The position numbers were made by a program, and so were the translations under genes. Below are positions 37,685 to 47,286 of a DNA stretch of 64,000 nt, one piece after another. The first letter of the stretch is position 1. Every line of letters starts with the position of its first letter. The notes beneath the pieces were generated by a model. The model ran no database searches and was not told the DNA's origin. It was given only the letters and a program-made list of their open reading frames with translations. Source of the stretch: an uncultured Planctomycetales bacterium (lineage in GTDB: Bacteria > Planctomycetota > UBA1135); NCBI GenBank assembly GCA_964342475.1, contig CAYFGE010000001.1:315113-379112 (forward strand), written 5' to 3'.

Positions 37685-40158
37685 CAGAAGTTGCCGAAGG
37701 TGAAGCTGAACACGCGCTCGTCGTCGAAGGGCTCGCTGCGGACGGGCCAGCCGAAGTCGAGGGCGAGCGGCATGGTGGGCATGAAGGGGATCCGGATGCG
37801 GATGCCGAAGCCGGCGGCCACGCGGGCCGGCCCCAGCTCGGAGTAGTGCGGACCGACCGCGCCGGCGTCCACCCACAGCGCGCCGCGCACGTACTCGACC
37901 TCGGCCACGGCGTCGCGCACGCGGGTCGAGACCAGCGGCACGCGCAGCTCGAGACTGCCGTTCCACGCGGCCTCGCCGCCCAGCGGGTAGAGGCCGTCGC
38001 GCGGGCCCACGCCGCGGAAGTCGAAGCCGCGCAGCGTCGAGTGGCCGCCGAGGAACAGGCGCTCGGAGTAGGGCACCCGGCTCAGGTCGCCGAACTCGCG
38101 CTGGTGGCGCAGGCGGCCGGAGAAGGCCAGCACGTACTTGCGGTCGAGCGAGTCGGTCCACACCGGCAGGTACTTCTCGAAGGAGAGGTCGGTGGTGTGG
38201 AAGTCCCAGTCGCCGCCGAAGATGCCGCCCGCCCGCGAGTAGGAAAGGCGCACGCCGCCGCCGTCGATCGGCGAGAAGGCGTCCTCGACGGTGTTGTAGC
38301 TGGCGCCGACGGTGAGCGAGTTGTAGTCGTTCGTGCCCTCGATCTCCTGCACCAGGGCGGGCGCGCCGGTGGCGAGGTCGGCCACCTCGACGGTGGTCAG
38401 GCTGGGCGACACCCACAGGTGGGTGAAGCGGCCGAAGGTGCGGCCGAGCGAGAAGTTGCCGCCGGTGCGGGTCTCCTCGTGCGTGTCGAGGAAGAAGTAG
38501 CTCTTGAACAGGCCGAGGTTGAAGGGCCAGCGGTCGATGTGGTCGCCGAACAGGTCCGGCTCGCTGAAGTCGATGCGGTACTGGCTGAACTGCGTGCCGG
38601 GCGCCAGGAACAGGCGCAGGTTCTGGCCGCCGCCGGTGAAGGCGCGGCCGTCGAGGATCTCGCTCCAGGCGTCCCCCAGCGAGCTCGGCGTGTCGAACAG
38701 GTCGAAGTTGTCCTTCTGCAGGCTGACCGAGACGAAGGGCCCGGTGCTGGAGTTCAGGCCGCCGCCGAACAGCATGCGCCCGGTCTGGCCCTCGGCGACC
38801 TCGAACTGCAGGTCCACCATGCCGGGGTCGTCGGTCTCGAGGAACTTCCAGTCGACGAAGGGCGCGCGGGTCTCCGGGTCCTGGAACCAGCCCTTGCCCA
38901 TCAGGCGGCGCCACGAGCGCATCGCCTCGTCGCCGTCGGCCAGCATGCCGGGCTCGAGGCTGATCTCGCGCCGGATCACGCGGTCCTGGGTCTGGGTGTT
39001 GCCCAGGACGAGGACGTCGCGCACGTGCATCCGCCGGCCCTCGCGGATGCGGTAGACCACGTCGACCTGGTGCGCCTCGGTGTCGACGGTGAGCTGGGGC
39101 TCGCCGCCGTTGGCCGGGTTGAAGGCGAAGAAGCTGCCCTGGCCGGCGTAGCCGCGCGCGGCGGCGGGGTGACCCAGGCGCCCGTAGTACTTGCGCAGGG
39201 CGGCCTCGTCGGCGGCGACGCGCGCCCTCTCGTAGGCCTGCCCGGGCTGCAGCCCGACCTCGGCCAGCAGCTCGGCCTCGGGGTACTCGAGCTCGCCCTC
39301 GGCCGCCACCACGCGCACGCTGCGCACGGTGTAGAGCGGCCCCTCGTCGACGGCGAAGGTCAGCGCCACGCGCTTGCCGTCGCGGTAGAACTCCTCGCGC
39401 GCCAGCTCGACGCGGGCGTCGAGGTAGCCGTAGTCGCGGTAGAGCTGCTCGAGCGCGACGACGTCGCGCTGCACCATGCCCTCGACGTACTTCGAACCGG
39501 GAAAGATGAACCAGCCGTCGCCGGCCTCGATCTCGCCGGAGAGGCTGGCCCCCACCCCGAAGAGGGTGCGCGAGGGCAGCGCCTCGTTGCCCTCGAACTC
39601 GACCTCGCCGACGCGCACCAGCGGCCCCTCGGTGACCACGATGCGCACCTCGTTGCGCTCTTCCACGGTCTCGGCGCGGGCGCTGGCGAAGTGGTAGCCC
39701 TCGCGGCGGTAGTGGGCTTCGACGTCGCCGAGGATGGCCGGGATGCGGGCCGGGTCGACCGCCTGCGCGCCGGTCAGGCCGGCGGCCAGCAGCAGGTCCT
39801 CGCGCTCGAACTCCTCCACCCCGAGGAAGACCACGCGCCGGAAGGCGGCCACCGGCTCGACCTTGAGCACCAGCCGCGCCCCGCCGCTCGGCAGCTGGTA
39901 CAGCTCGTACTCGAGCAGGCGGATGCGCATCGGGCTCCACAGGAACTCCCAGTCGCGCTGCAGGCCGTTGGGCGAGAAGGGCTTGCCGACCTTCGTGCGC
40001 AGGGCGGCGAGGATCTCCGCCTCGCGCCCGGGCGCGCCCTGGATCTCGATCTGCTCCACCACCAGCTGCTGCTGCGGGGCCGCCTCCTGCGGGGCGGCGG
40101 CGTGGACGGCGGCGGCTGGACCGAGGGCCAGGAGGAGGAAGAGGATTCGCGGGAGCAT
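37684..40158 (-). CDS. bamA: Outer membrane protein assembly factor BamA
   Basis: An internal ATG of track ORF 37684..41445 gives 824 aa: signal peptide, POTRA-like repeats (VEQIEIQGAP..., VGEVEFEGNEALP...) and a C-terminal beta-barrel ending ...FSFTFGNF. Confidence 0.9.
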   Translation of the reverse strand: MLPRILFLLLALGPAAAVHAAAPQEAAPQQQLVVEQIEIQGAPGREAEILAALRTKVGKPFSPNGLQRDWEFLWSPMRIRLLEYELYQLPSGGARLVLKVEPVAAFRRVVFLGVEEFEREDLLLAAGLTGAQAVDPARIPAILGDVEAHYRREGYHFASARAETVEERNEVRIVVTEGPLVRVGEVEFEGNEALPSRTLFGVGASLSGEIEAGDGWFIFPGSKYVEGMVQRDVVALEQLYRDYGYLDARVELAREEFYRDGKRVALTFAVDEGPLYTVRSVRVVAAEGELEYPEAELLAEVGLQPGQAYERARVAADEAALRKYYGRLGHPAAARGYAGQGSFFAFNPANGGEPQLTVDTEAHQVDVVYRIREGRRMHVRDVLVLGNTQTQDRVIRREISLEPGMLADGDEAMRSWRRLMGKGWFQDPETRAPFVDWKFLETDDPGMVDLQFEVAEGQTGRMLFGGGLNSSTGPFVSVSLQKDNFDLFDTPSSLGDAWSEILDGRAFTGGGQNLRLFLAPGTQFSQYRIDFSEPDLFGDHIDRWPFNLGLFKSYFFLDTHEETRTGGNFSLGRTFGRFTHLWVSPSLTTVEVADLATGAPALVQEIEGTNDYNSLTVGASYNTVEDAFSPIDGGGVRLSYSRAGGIFGGDWDFHTTDLSFEKYLPVWTDSLDRKYVLAFSGRLRHQREFGDLSRVPYSERLFLGGHSTLRGFDFRGVGPRDGLYPLGGEAAWNGSLELRVPLVSTRVRDAVAEVEYVRGALWVDAGAVGPHYSELGPARVAAGFGIRIRIPFMPTMPLALDFGWPVRSEPFDDERVFSFTFGNF

Positions 40159-40169
40159 GCGGGGAGGGG

Positions 40170-41498
40170 TCAGAGGCCGGAGTCGCGGACGAAGTTCTCG
40201 AAGCGCATCAGCTCCTTGGTGAAGCGGAGCTGCACGTCGCCCGTCGGGCCGTTGCGGTTCTTCGCCACGATGACGTCGGCGATGCCGGCGCGCTCGGAGT
40301 CCTTCTGGTAGTACTCCTCGCGGTAGAGCATCATGACCAGGTCGGCGTCCTGCTCGATCGCGCCCGACTCGCGCAGGTCGGAGAGCATCGGCCGGTGGTC
40401 GGAGCGGTCCTCGGCCTTCCGGTTGAGCTGGGCCAGGGCCAGCACCGGGAGCTTGAGGTCGCGGGCCAGCGCCTTGAGGGCCCGCGAGATGATCGAGATC
40501 TCCACCTGGCGGCTCTCGGCGCGCGGCACGGTGAGCAGCTGGAGGTAGTCGATGACGATCAGCGACAGGCCGCCCTCGCGCTTGAGGCGGCGCGCCTTGG
40601 CGCGGATCTCGGCCAGCGTCGGCTGCGAGCTGTCGTCGATGTAGATCGGCGCGCGCTCGAAGGAGTCGCCGGAGAACACGATGCGCTTGCGATCGGTCTG
40701 GTCCAGCTTGCCGGTGCGCAGCGCGTCGTGGCGCACCTTGGCGTGCGAGGACAGCATCCGCATCACGATCTGGTCGGCCGGCATCTCGAGCGAGAACAGC
40801 AGCACCGGCTGCTGGTAGTCGAGGGCCACGCGCTCGACGATGTTCAGCGCGAAGGCGGTCTTGCCCATCGAGGGGCGCGCGGCGAGCACCACGAGGTCGC
40901 CCGGGCGGAAGCCCTGGCGCTCGTCGAGGTCGATGTAGCCGGTCTGCAGGCCGGCCGGCGCGCCGTCGGCGTTGAGGATGCGCTCGAGGCTCTTGTGGAC
41001 CAGGTCCTTGGTCGAGAACAGCTGGCCCTCGACCAGCCGGTCGCCGACCCCGAAGACCTCCTGCTCGGCCGAGTCGAGCAGGGCGCGGACGTCCTCGCTG
41101 CCCTCGTAGACGTCGCGCTGGATGCGCTCGGCCGCCTCGAGCAGGTTGCGCCGGATCGACAGGTCGCGGACGATGTCGATGTGGTTCTCGAGGAAGGCCA
41201 GCGAGGGCACCGAGAGCATCAGTTCCTCGAGGTAGGCGCGGCCGCCGGTCTCCTCCGCCCCGCTGACGCGGTCGATCTCGTGGCCGACCGTGACCGGGTC
41301 GCAGGCGCCGGGGCGCGCGGCCTCGAGCCGCTCGAACAGCGCGAACAGCGCGCGGTGCCGCGGCAGGTAGAAGTCCTCGCGGTCCAGCTTCGCCGACACC
41401 TCGGTGGCGCAGCGCGGATCGCGCAGAATGCTCCCCAGCACGCACTTCTCGGCCTCGAGATCGAAGGGCCGCGTCTTCTGCTGCTGCTGGACTTCCAT
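40170..41498 (-). CDS. dnaB: Replicative DNA helicase
   Basis: 442 aa with PFDLEAEKCVLGSIL..., the Walker A motif ARPSMGKTAFAL, and ...IDYLQLL.... Confidence 0.95.
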   Translation of the reverse strand: MEVQQQQKTRPFDLEAEKCVLGSILRDPRCATEVSAKLDREDFYLPRHRALFALFERLEAARPGACDPVTVGHEIDRVSGAEETGGRAYLEELMLSVPSLAFLENHIDIVRDLSIRRNLLEAAERIQRDVYEGSEDVRALLDSAEQEVFGVGDRLVEGQLFSTKDLVHKSLERILNADGAPAGLQTGYIDLDERQGFRPGDLVVLAARPSMGKTAFALNIVERVALDYQQPVLLFSLEMPADQIVMRMLSSHAKVRHDALRTGKLDQTDRKRIVFSGDSFERAPIYIDDSSQPTLAEIRAKARRLKREGGLSLIVIDYLQLLTVPRAESRQVEISIISRALKALARDLKLPVLALAQLNRKAEDRSDHRPMLSDLRESGAIEQDADLVMMLYREEYYQKDSERAGIADVIVAKNRNGPTGDVQLRFTKELMRFENFVRDSGL

Positions 41499-41515
41499 GG
41501 GGCTTCCAACGGGTC

Positions 41516-41521
41516 AGGATA
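41516..41521 (-). promoter_or_regulatory. -10-like box TATCCT, 17 nt upstream of the dnaB ATG
   Basis: The plus strand reads aggata. It lies downstream (minus sense) of the 41560-41592 hairpin. Confidence 0.3.
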
Positions 41522-41559
41522 GCGCCGCGCAGGCGAATTCCGCAGCGGCGGGAGCAGGA

Positions 41560-41592
41560 GCGGGAGCGCCCCTCACGGAGGAGCGCTCCCGC
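41560..41592 (-). terminator. Hairpin between rplI and dnaB
   Basis: gcgggagcgc-c-cctc-acg-gagg-a-gcgctcccgc forms 14 bp in two segments, starting 20 nt downstream of the rplI stop on the minus strand. No U-tract. A TATCCT box for dnaB follows. Confidence 0.4.
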
Positions 41593-41611
41593 TGGTGGAA
41601 AGGCTGTGGAA

Positions 41612-42085
41612 TCAGCCCTCGGCGGGCGTCTCGCTGGCGGCAGCGACCACCCAGACCTTGATCGGGGCCTCCACGTCGCCGTGGACGTGGACCACCACCT
41701 CGAACTCGCCCACCTCGCGCAGCGGCTCGGCGAGGCGGACCTGGCGGTCCTCGACGGGCAGCCCCATGCCGGAGAGCGACTCCGCGATGCGGTGCGCGCT
41801 GACCGAACCGTAGAGGTGCCCCTCTTCGGAGACCTTCTCCTCGAAGGTGAGCTGGACCTCGGCCAGACGCGCGGCCACGGCCTCGTGCGCCTTGCGCTCC
41901 GCCATGCGGCGCTCCTCGGCCAGCTTGCGGTCCTTCTCGACCCGCTGCAGGGCGTCGGCGTTGTAGGGGTAGGCCTTGCCGAGCGGCAGGAGGTAGTTGC
42001 GGGCGAAGCCCGTGGAGACCTCCACCGCGTCCCCGACGTGGCCGAGGGAGGCGATGTCCTCTCGCAGGATGACGCGCGTCTTCAT
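41612..42085 (-). CDS. rplI: 50S ribosomal protein L9
   Basis: An internal ATG of track ORF 41612..42478 gives MKTRVILREDIASLGHVGDAVEVSTGFARNYLLPLGKA.... Confidence 0.9.
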   Translation of the reverse strand: MKTRVILREDIASLGHVGDAVEVSTGFARNYLLPLGKAYPYNADALQRVEKDRKLAEERRMAERKAHEAVAARLAEVQLTFEEKVSEEGHLYGSVSAHRIAESLSGMGLPVEDRQVRLAEPLREVGEFEVVVHVHGDVEAPIKVWVVAAASETPAEG

Positions 42086-42290
42086 CGGTTGTCGTAGGGG
42101 ATGAGGGCCAGGAAGCGGGCGGTCTTGATCGCCATCTTCAGTTCCCGCTGCTTGCGGGCGTTGAGCCCGGTGCGCTTGCGGCTGTGGATGCGCCCCTGCG
42201 GCGACAGGAAGCGCTGCAGGGTCTCGACGTCCTTGAAGTCGAAGTGATCGATCTTCGGCATCGGCTTGCGCTGTTCGAAGCGGTTCATCA

Positions 42291-42294
<4 letters not shown>
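42082..42294 (-). CDS. rpsR: 30S ribosomal protein S18
   Basis: 70 aa: ...IDHFDFKDVETLQRFLSPQGRIHSRKRTGLNARKQRELKMAIKTARFLALIPY. Confidence 0.95.
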
Positions 42295-42785
<491 letters not shown>

Positions 42786-42829
42786 GTCGTGCCTTTCCGG
42801 TCAAACCGGTTTCAGCCGGGTGGCTCCGC

Positions 42830-43459
42830 CTAGGGCGAGCGGCGGTTGTAACGGGCGGCGATCTCCTCGACGGAGAGGCCGCGGATCCAGTCCTCGGCAG
42901 CGAAGGAAGCGGTCTCGAGGGTCTCCTCGACGACCTTCTGTTCGCCGCGCTTGAACCGGCTGAGGACGAAGTCCACCGAGTCGTGGCCCGGCTCCCCCAC
43001 CCCGATGCGCAGGCGCGGATAGGCCTGGGTGCCGAGCACCTTCTCGATCGAGCGGAGGCCGTTGTGGCCGCCCGCGCTGCCGCCGGGGCGGATGCGCAGG
43101 GCGCCGAGGGCCAGGTGGAAGTCGTCCGTGAGGACAAAGAGCGAGTCCGGCGCACCCCCGACGCGTTCGAGGGCGCGGGCCACCGCGCCGCCGCTCAGGT
43201 TCATGTAGGTGAGCGGCCAGAGCAGGGCGTAGCGGCCGTCGGGCGAGCGGTGGAGCCGCCCGACGCGCTGGCCCGCCACCTTGAGCACCGAGGGCTCGGC
43301 GCCGAGGCGGGAGGCCAAAAGATCGAGGGCGTCGAAGCCGACGTTGTGGCGGGTGCCGTCGTACTCCGGGCCCGGATTGCCGAGGCCGACGACCAAGCGG
43401 GTCGCCGGTTCCGGCGGCTCCCCGGCGGCGGGGTCGGCCGGAACGGGGCCGGGAATCAT
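42830..43459 (-). CDS. pth: Peptidyl-tRNA hydrolase
   Basis: 209 aa with ...RLVVGLGNPGPEYDGTRHNVGF.... The 22-aa N-terminal extension is unusual, and an internal TTG (giving MVVGLGNPG) is a possible alternative start. Confidence 0.85.
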   Translation of the reverse strand: MIPGPVPADPAAGEPPEPATRLVVGLGNPGPEYDGTRHNVGFDALDLLASRLGAEPSVLKVAGQRVGRLHRSPDGRYALLWPLTYMNLSGGAVARALERVGGAPDSLFVLTDDFHLALGALRIRPGGSAGGHNGLRSIEKVLGTQAYPRLRIGVGEPGHDSVDFVLSRFKRGEQKVVEETLETASFAAEDWIRGLSVEEIAARYNRRSP

Positions 43460-43480
43460 AGCCGCGCGGCGGAAAGCCGG

Positions 43481-44116
43481 CTATGCGTCCCCTTCGGGCT
43501 CCTCGTCGGAGGACTTGCCCTTGCCGATGACCTCGGGCTCGGCGCCCTCGGCGCCCTCCTCGCCCTCGGTCTCCTCCTCCTCGCTGCGGGCGTGGATGCC
43601 GCAGATCACGGTGGAGGGCTCGGTCAGCAGCTCGACGCCCTCCGGCATCTCGAGGTCGCTGGCGTGGATGGTGTCGCCGACGTCCAGGTCGCTGATGTGG
43701 ACCGCCAGCTTCTCCGGGATCGAGCGCGGGGTGCAGCTCACGGCGACCTCCTGGACGTTCTTGACGAACTCGCCCTTGGCCGCGCCCTTGGCGTGACCGA
43801 CGAACTCCAGGGCCACCTCGACCTCGACCTTGGTGCCGCGCGAGGCGCGCTTGAAGTCGATGTGCATCAGGGTGTCGCCCATGTGGTCCCAGTGGACCTC
43901 GTGGATCAGCACCTGCTGGGCCTTGCCGTCCAGCTCCAGGTCGACCACGCGCTCGTGGTGACGGAGGACGGCCTCGAAGGCATGGGCGTCGACGGAGACG
44001 GCGACGGTCTCGCCCCCCTCGCCGTAGACGACGGCGGGCAGGCGGCCGTCGCGGCGCAGGTTGAAGGAGGCGCGGGTCCCGTGGGACGAGCGGGGTTCGG
44101 CGTGGAGCGTGGTCAT
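43481..44116 (-). CDS. rplY: 50S ribosomal protein L25 / general stress protein Ctc
   Basis: 211 aa: ...FNLRRDGRLPAVVYGEGGETVAVSVDAHAF...QQVLIHEVHWDHMGDTLMHIDF.... It has an acidic C-terminal tail. Confidence 0.9.
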   Translation of the reverse strand: MTTLHAEPRSSHGTRASFNLRRDGRLPAVVYGEGGETVAVSVDAHAFEAVLRHHERVVDLELDGKAQQVLIHEVHWDHMGDTLMHIDFKRASRGTKVEVEVALEFVGHAKGAAKGEFVKNVQEVAVSCTPRSIPEKLAVHISDLDVGDTIHASDLEMPEGVELLTEPSTVICGIHARSEEEETEGEEGAEGAEPEVIGKGKSSDEEPEGDA

Positions 44117-44152
44117 CTTGAACAGGCCGGGCGTCCGGCCCGGGCGGGGAAA

Positions 44153-45106
44153 TCAGTCGTCGAACAGGGCGCTGACCGACTCCTCCCGGTGGATCCGGGT
44201 GATCGCGCGGGCCAGCAGCGGGGCGACCGAAACGACTTTCAGGCGTTCGGGCCGCTCACCGCGAAGGGGTATTGTATTGGAAACGTAAATTGCTTCCACC
44301 GGAGAATTGTCCAGCCGTTCCCGTGCGGGTCCGCACAGCACGGCGTGGGTGGCGGCGATGAAGACCCGCTCGGCCCCCTGGTCCTTGAGGATCCGGGCCG
44401 CCTCGGTGATCGTCCCGGCGGTCGAGATCATGTCGTCGGTCACCAGGACGTCCTTGCCGTCCACCTGGCCGATCACGTTCTCCATCATGACCGAGTCGCC
44501 GGAGGTCCGACGCTTGTCCACGATGGCCAGGTTGACCCCCAGGGCCTTGGCCCAGGCCCGGGCCAGCTTGACCCCGCCCACGTCCGGGCTGCAGACCACC
44601 AGCCGGGAGGGGTCGAGGTCGCCCAGGATGGCGTCCTGCAGGGTGACCCGGGCCCACAGGTGGTCCACCGGGATGTCGAAGAAGCCCTGGATCTGCTGGG
44701 CGTGGAGGTCGATGGTCAGCACCCGGCTGGCCCCCACCGCGGTCAGCATGTTGGCCACCACCTTGGCCGAGATCGGCACCCGGCCCTCGTCCTTGCGGTC
44801 CTTGCGGGCGTAGCCGAAGTACGGGATGACCGCCGTGATCCGGTTGGCCGAGGCCCGCCTCAGGCAGTCCATCATGAGCATGAGCTCCATGATCGACTCG
44901 TTGACCGGCGGGCAGGTCGACTGGACCAGGAAGACGTCCGCGCCGCGGATGTCCTCGTTGATCTTGATGTCGATCTCGCCGTCGGGGAAGCGCCCGACGT
45001 GGGCCGAGGTGAGCGGCAGGTCGAGGCAGGCGCAGATCTCGCGCGCCAGCTCGGGGTGGGCGCTGCCGGAGAGGACCTTGATGCGGCCGTGGTCGAGGTC
45101 AGGCAT
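44153..45106 (-). CDS. prs: Ribose-phosphate pyrophosphokinase
   Basis: 317 aa: ...RFPDGEIDIKINEDIRGADVFLVQST...VIPYFGYARKDRK...LVTDDMISTAGT.... Confidence 0.95.
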   Translation of the reverse strand: MPDLDHGRIKVLSGSAHPELAREICACLDLPLTSAHVGRFPDGEIDIKINEDIRGADVFLVQSTCPPVNESIMELMLMMDCLRRASANRITAVIPYFGYARKDRKDEGRVPISAKVVANMLTAVGASRVLTIDLHAQQIQGFFDIPVDHLWARVTLQDAILGDLDPSRLVVCSPDVGGVKLARAWAKALGVNLAIVDKRRTSGDSVMMENVIGQVDGKDVLVTDDMISTAGTITEAARILKDQGAERVFIAATHAVLCGPARERLDNSPVEAIYVSNTIPLRGERPERLKVVSVAPLLARAITRIHREESVSALFDD

Positions 45107-46367
45107 CGGGGGAGGAAGGCTTCTCGAGGGGGCGTGCGGGGACGCCGGCCACCACGCCCCCCTCGGGGACGTCGCGGCCGCGCAGGACGACGGCGCCGGC
45201 GGCGGTCATGGCGCCCGCGCCGACCCGCACCGGGGCGACCAGGATCGTGCCCGAGCCGACGAAGGCCCGCGCGCCGATCTCGGTGCGGTGCTTGTGCTTG
45301 CCGTCGTAGTTGGCGGTGATCGTGCCGCAGCCGATGTTGGCGCGGGCACCGACCACCGTGTCGCCGAGGTAGCTCAGGTGCTTGGCCTTGGCCCGCTCCC
45401 CCAGCTCGGCGTTCTTGGTCTCGACGAAGTTGCCGACCTCGGCGCCGTCCTGCAGCACCGTCCCCGGGCGCAGGTGGGCGAAGGGGCCGACCTGGCAGCC
45501 GGCGCCGACGCGGACGCCGCGGCGCAGGACGCAGAAGGGCATGACCCGGGCGCCGGGGCCGATCTCCACGCCGTCCTCGACGTAGGCGGTCCCCGGGTCG
45601 TCGAAGATCACCCCGTTGGCCAGGTGACGCTCGAGGATGGCGGTGCGCATCACCGCGCCGGCCTCGGCCAGGTCGGCCAGGGTGTTCACCCCGAGGATCT
45701 CGTCGGCGTCCCCGATCTGGGCGACCACGCCCTCGGTCTCGGCCAGGACGGCCACCGCGGCGTCGGTCAGGTAGAACTCGCCCTGGGCGTTGTCGGTGCC
45801 AAGGGCGGCGGCGGCGGCGCGCAGGCGGGCCAGGTCGAGGACGTAGACCCCGGCGTTGACCAGTCGGACCTCGGCCTGCTCCTCGTCGCAGTCGGCCTGC
45901 TCGACGATGCCGGCCAGGCCGCCTTCCTCGTCCAGGACGACGCGGCCGTAGCCGGTCGGGTCGTCCACCTCGGCGGTCAGCAGGGCGCCGCCGGGCTGCT
46001 CGACCAGGAAGTTCAGGGTGTCGGGCTGCAGCAGCGGGGTGTCGCCGCACAGCACCAGGACGCGGCCCTCCTCCGGCAGCAGCGGGAAGGCCGAGGCGAC
46101 CGCGTCGGCCGTGCCGCGGGGTTCGGCCTGGACCGCGACCTGCCAGCCGGCGTGGGCCGAGCCGCGCAGCCATTCCTCGATGGTCTCGCGGTGGCTGCCG
46201 CCGAGGACGAGGGTGCGCGACGCGGCGGGGACCTGCTCGGCGGCGGCGAGCACGTGTTCGAGCAGCGGCCGGCCGCAGAGATCCAGCAGGGCCTTGGGGG
46301 ACCCGGTGCGGATTCGCGTCGACTCGCCGCCCGCCAGGACCAGGACGTGGACTTCCGAGACAGGCAT
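45099..46367 (-). CDS. glmU: Bifunctional UDP-GlcNAc pyrophosphorylase / GlcN-1-P N-acetyltransferase
   Basis: An internal ATG of track ORF 45099..46583 gives 422 aa: VLVLAGGESTRIRTGSPKALLDLCGRPLLEHV...EPRGTADAV..., followed by C-terminal hexapeptide repeats ...NYDGKHKHRTEIG.... Confidence 0.9.
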   Translation of the reverse strand: MPVSEVHVLVLAGGESTRIRTGSPKALLDLCGRPLLEHVLAAAEQVPAASRTLVLGGSHRETIEEWLRGSAHAGWQVAVQAEPRGTADAVASAFPLLPEEGRVLVLCGDTPLLQPDTLNFLVEQPGGALLTAEVDDPTGYGRVVLDEEGGLAGIVEQADCDEEQAEVRLVNAGVYVLDLARLRAAAAALGTDNAQGEFYLTDAAVAVLAETEGVVAQIGDADEILGVNTLADLAEAGAVMRTAILERHLANGVIFDDPGTAYVEDGVEIGPGARVMPFCVLRRGVRVGAGCQVGPFAHLRPGTVLQDGAEVGNFVETKNAELGERAKAKHLSYLGDTVVGARANIGCGTITANYDGKHKHRTEIGARAFVGSGTILVAPVRVGAGAMTAAGAVVLRGRDVPEGGVVAGVPARPLEKPSSPDA

Positions 46368-46386
46368 GGGGGGCAGAACCGCGGGC

Positions 46387-46392
46387 AGTATA
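46387..46392 (-). promoter_or_regulatory. -10-like box TATACT, 19 nt upstream of the glmU ATG
   Basis: The plus strand reads agtata, in the 73-nt divergent glmU/psd spacer. Confidence 0.35.
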
Positions 46393-46440
46393 GCCGCGCA
46401 GGCAGCGCGCCCCGCGCCGCCCGTATGCTGTGCCCGAACG

Positions 46441-47286
46441 GTGCCCGACCCCCGCTTCCTGCTGACCCTCCCGGGCGTCCCTCGCCGCCTGATCAGCCGC
46501 TGCGCCGGCGCGGCGGCGCGGGCGCGGCTGCCCCTCGGCCTGCGCCGGCGGCTGTGGCCGCGGCTGGCCCGCCGCCTGGGCATCGAGCGCGAGCAGGTGC
46601 CCGGGGAATGGGAGGACTACGCCAGCTTCCTCGACCTGTTCACCCGCCCGCTGCCCGCACCCGGGCGCCCGCTGCCGGACAGCGACCACTGGCTCTCCCC
46701 CGCCGACGGGCTGGTCGTGTCGCGCTCGCCGGTCTGCCCCGAGGGCACCTGGCTGATCAAGGGCACCCCCTACGGCGGCGAGGAGCTCCTGCCCGGCGCC
46801 GACCCGCGCGCGCTGGCCGGCTACGAGGCCTACCAGATCTACCTCGCGCCGCGCGACTACCACCGTTACCACGCGCCCTGCGCGATGACCGTCGAGGCGG
46901 CCTGGAGCGGCCCCGGCGGCCTGCAGCCGGTCGACCCCGGCCTGGTGCGCCGCTCGATGCGCGTGCTGGCGACCAACCGGCGCGTCCTGCTCCACGGCCG
47001 CACCGACGAGGGCGAGTGGGTCGGCCTGCTGTTCGTCGCCGCGCTCAACGTCGGCGGCATGCGCTTCCGCTTCGACCCCTCGCTCGGCGCCGCCCCGATG
47101 ACGCGCGGCCTGCGGCGCTACGACCCGCCGGTGCGCCTCGAGGCGGGCGAGGAGATCGGCTGCTTCGAGCTCGGGTCCACCGTGGTGGTGTTCGTCCCGC
47201 CCGGGTGGAAACCGCTGGTCGAGGTCGGCGGCCGCACCCAGGCCCGCGTGCCCTTCCTCGCCCCGGACGGCGCCACCGAGCACTGA
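46441..47286 (+). CDS. psd: Phosphatidylserine decarboxylase proenzyme
   Basis: In-frame GTG at 46441 within track ORF 46018..47286. The product reads ...FLDLFTRPL...IYLAPRDYHRYHAP...GEEIGCFELGSTVVVF, including the LGST self-cleavage motif. Confidence 0.8.
   Translation: MPDPRFLLTLPGVPRRLISRCAGAAARARLPLGLRRRLWPRLARRLGIEREQVPGEWEDYASFLDLFTRPLPAPGRPLPDSDHWLSPADGLVVSRSPVCPEGTWLIKGTPYGGEELLPGADPRALAGYEAYQIYLAPRDYHRYHAPCAMTVEAAWSGPGGLQPVDPGLVRRSMRVLATNRRVLLHGRTDEGEWVGLLFVAALNVGGMRFRFDPSLGAAPMTRGLRRYDPPVRLEAGEEIGCFELGSTVVVFVPPGWKPLVEVGGRTQARVPFLAPDGATEH

Noticed and set aside
42786-42829. Possible S6:S18-binding rpsF leader RNA in the pth-rpsF spacer (hairpin ccgg-tcaaa-ccgg on the plus strand)
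   Set aside because: I can see only a 4-bp palindromic stem and cannot match it to the rpsF-leader consensus from memory. A covariance-model search (Rfam) would be needed.
44265-44310. Locally AT-richer stretch (ggtattgtattggaaacgtaaattgcttcc)
   Set aside because: It lies inside prs and encodes a conserved C-terminal segment (...VEAIYVSNTIPL...), so it reflects amino-acid constraint rather than an inserted or regulatory element.
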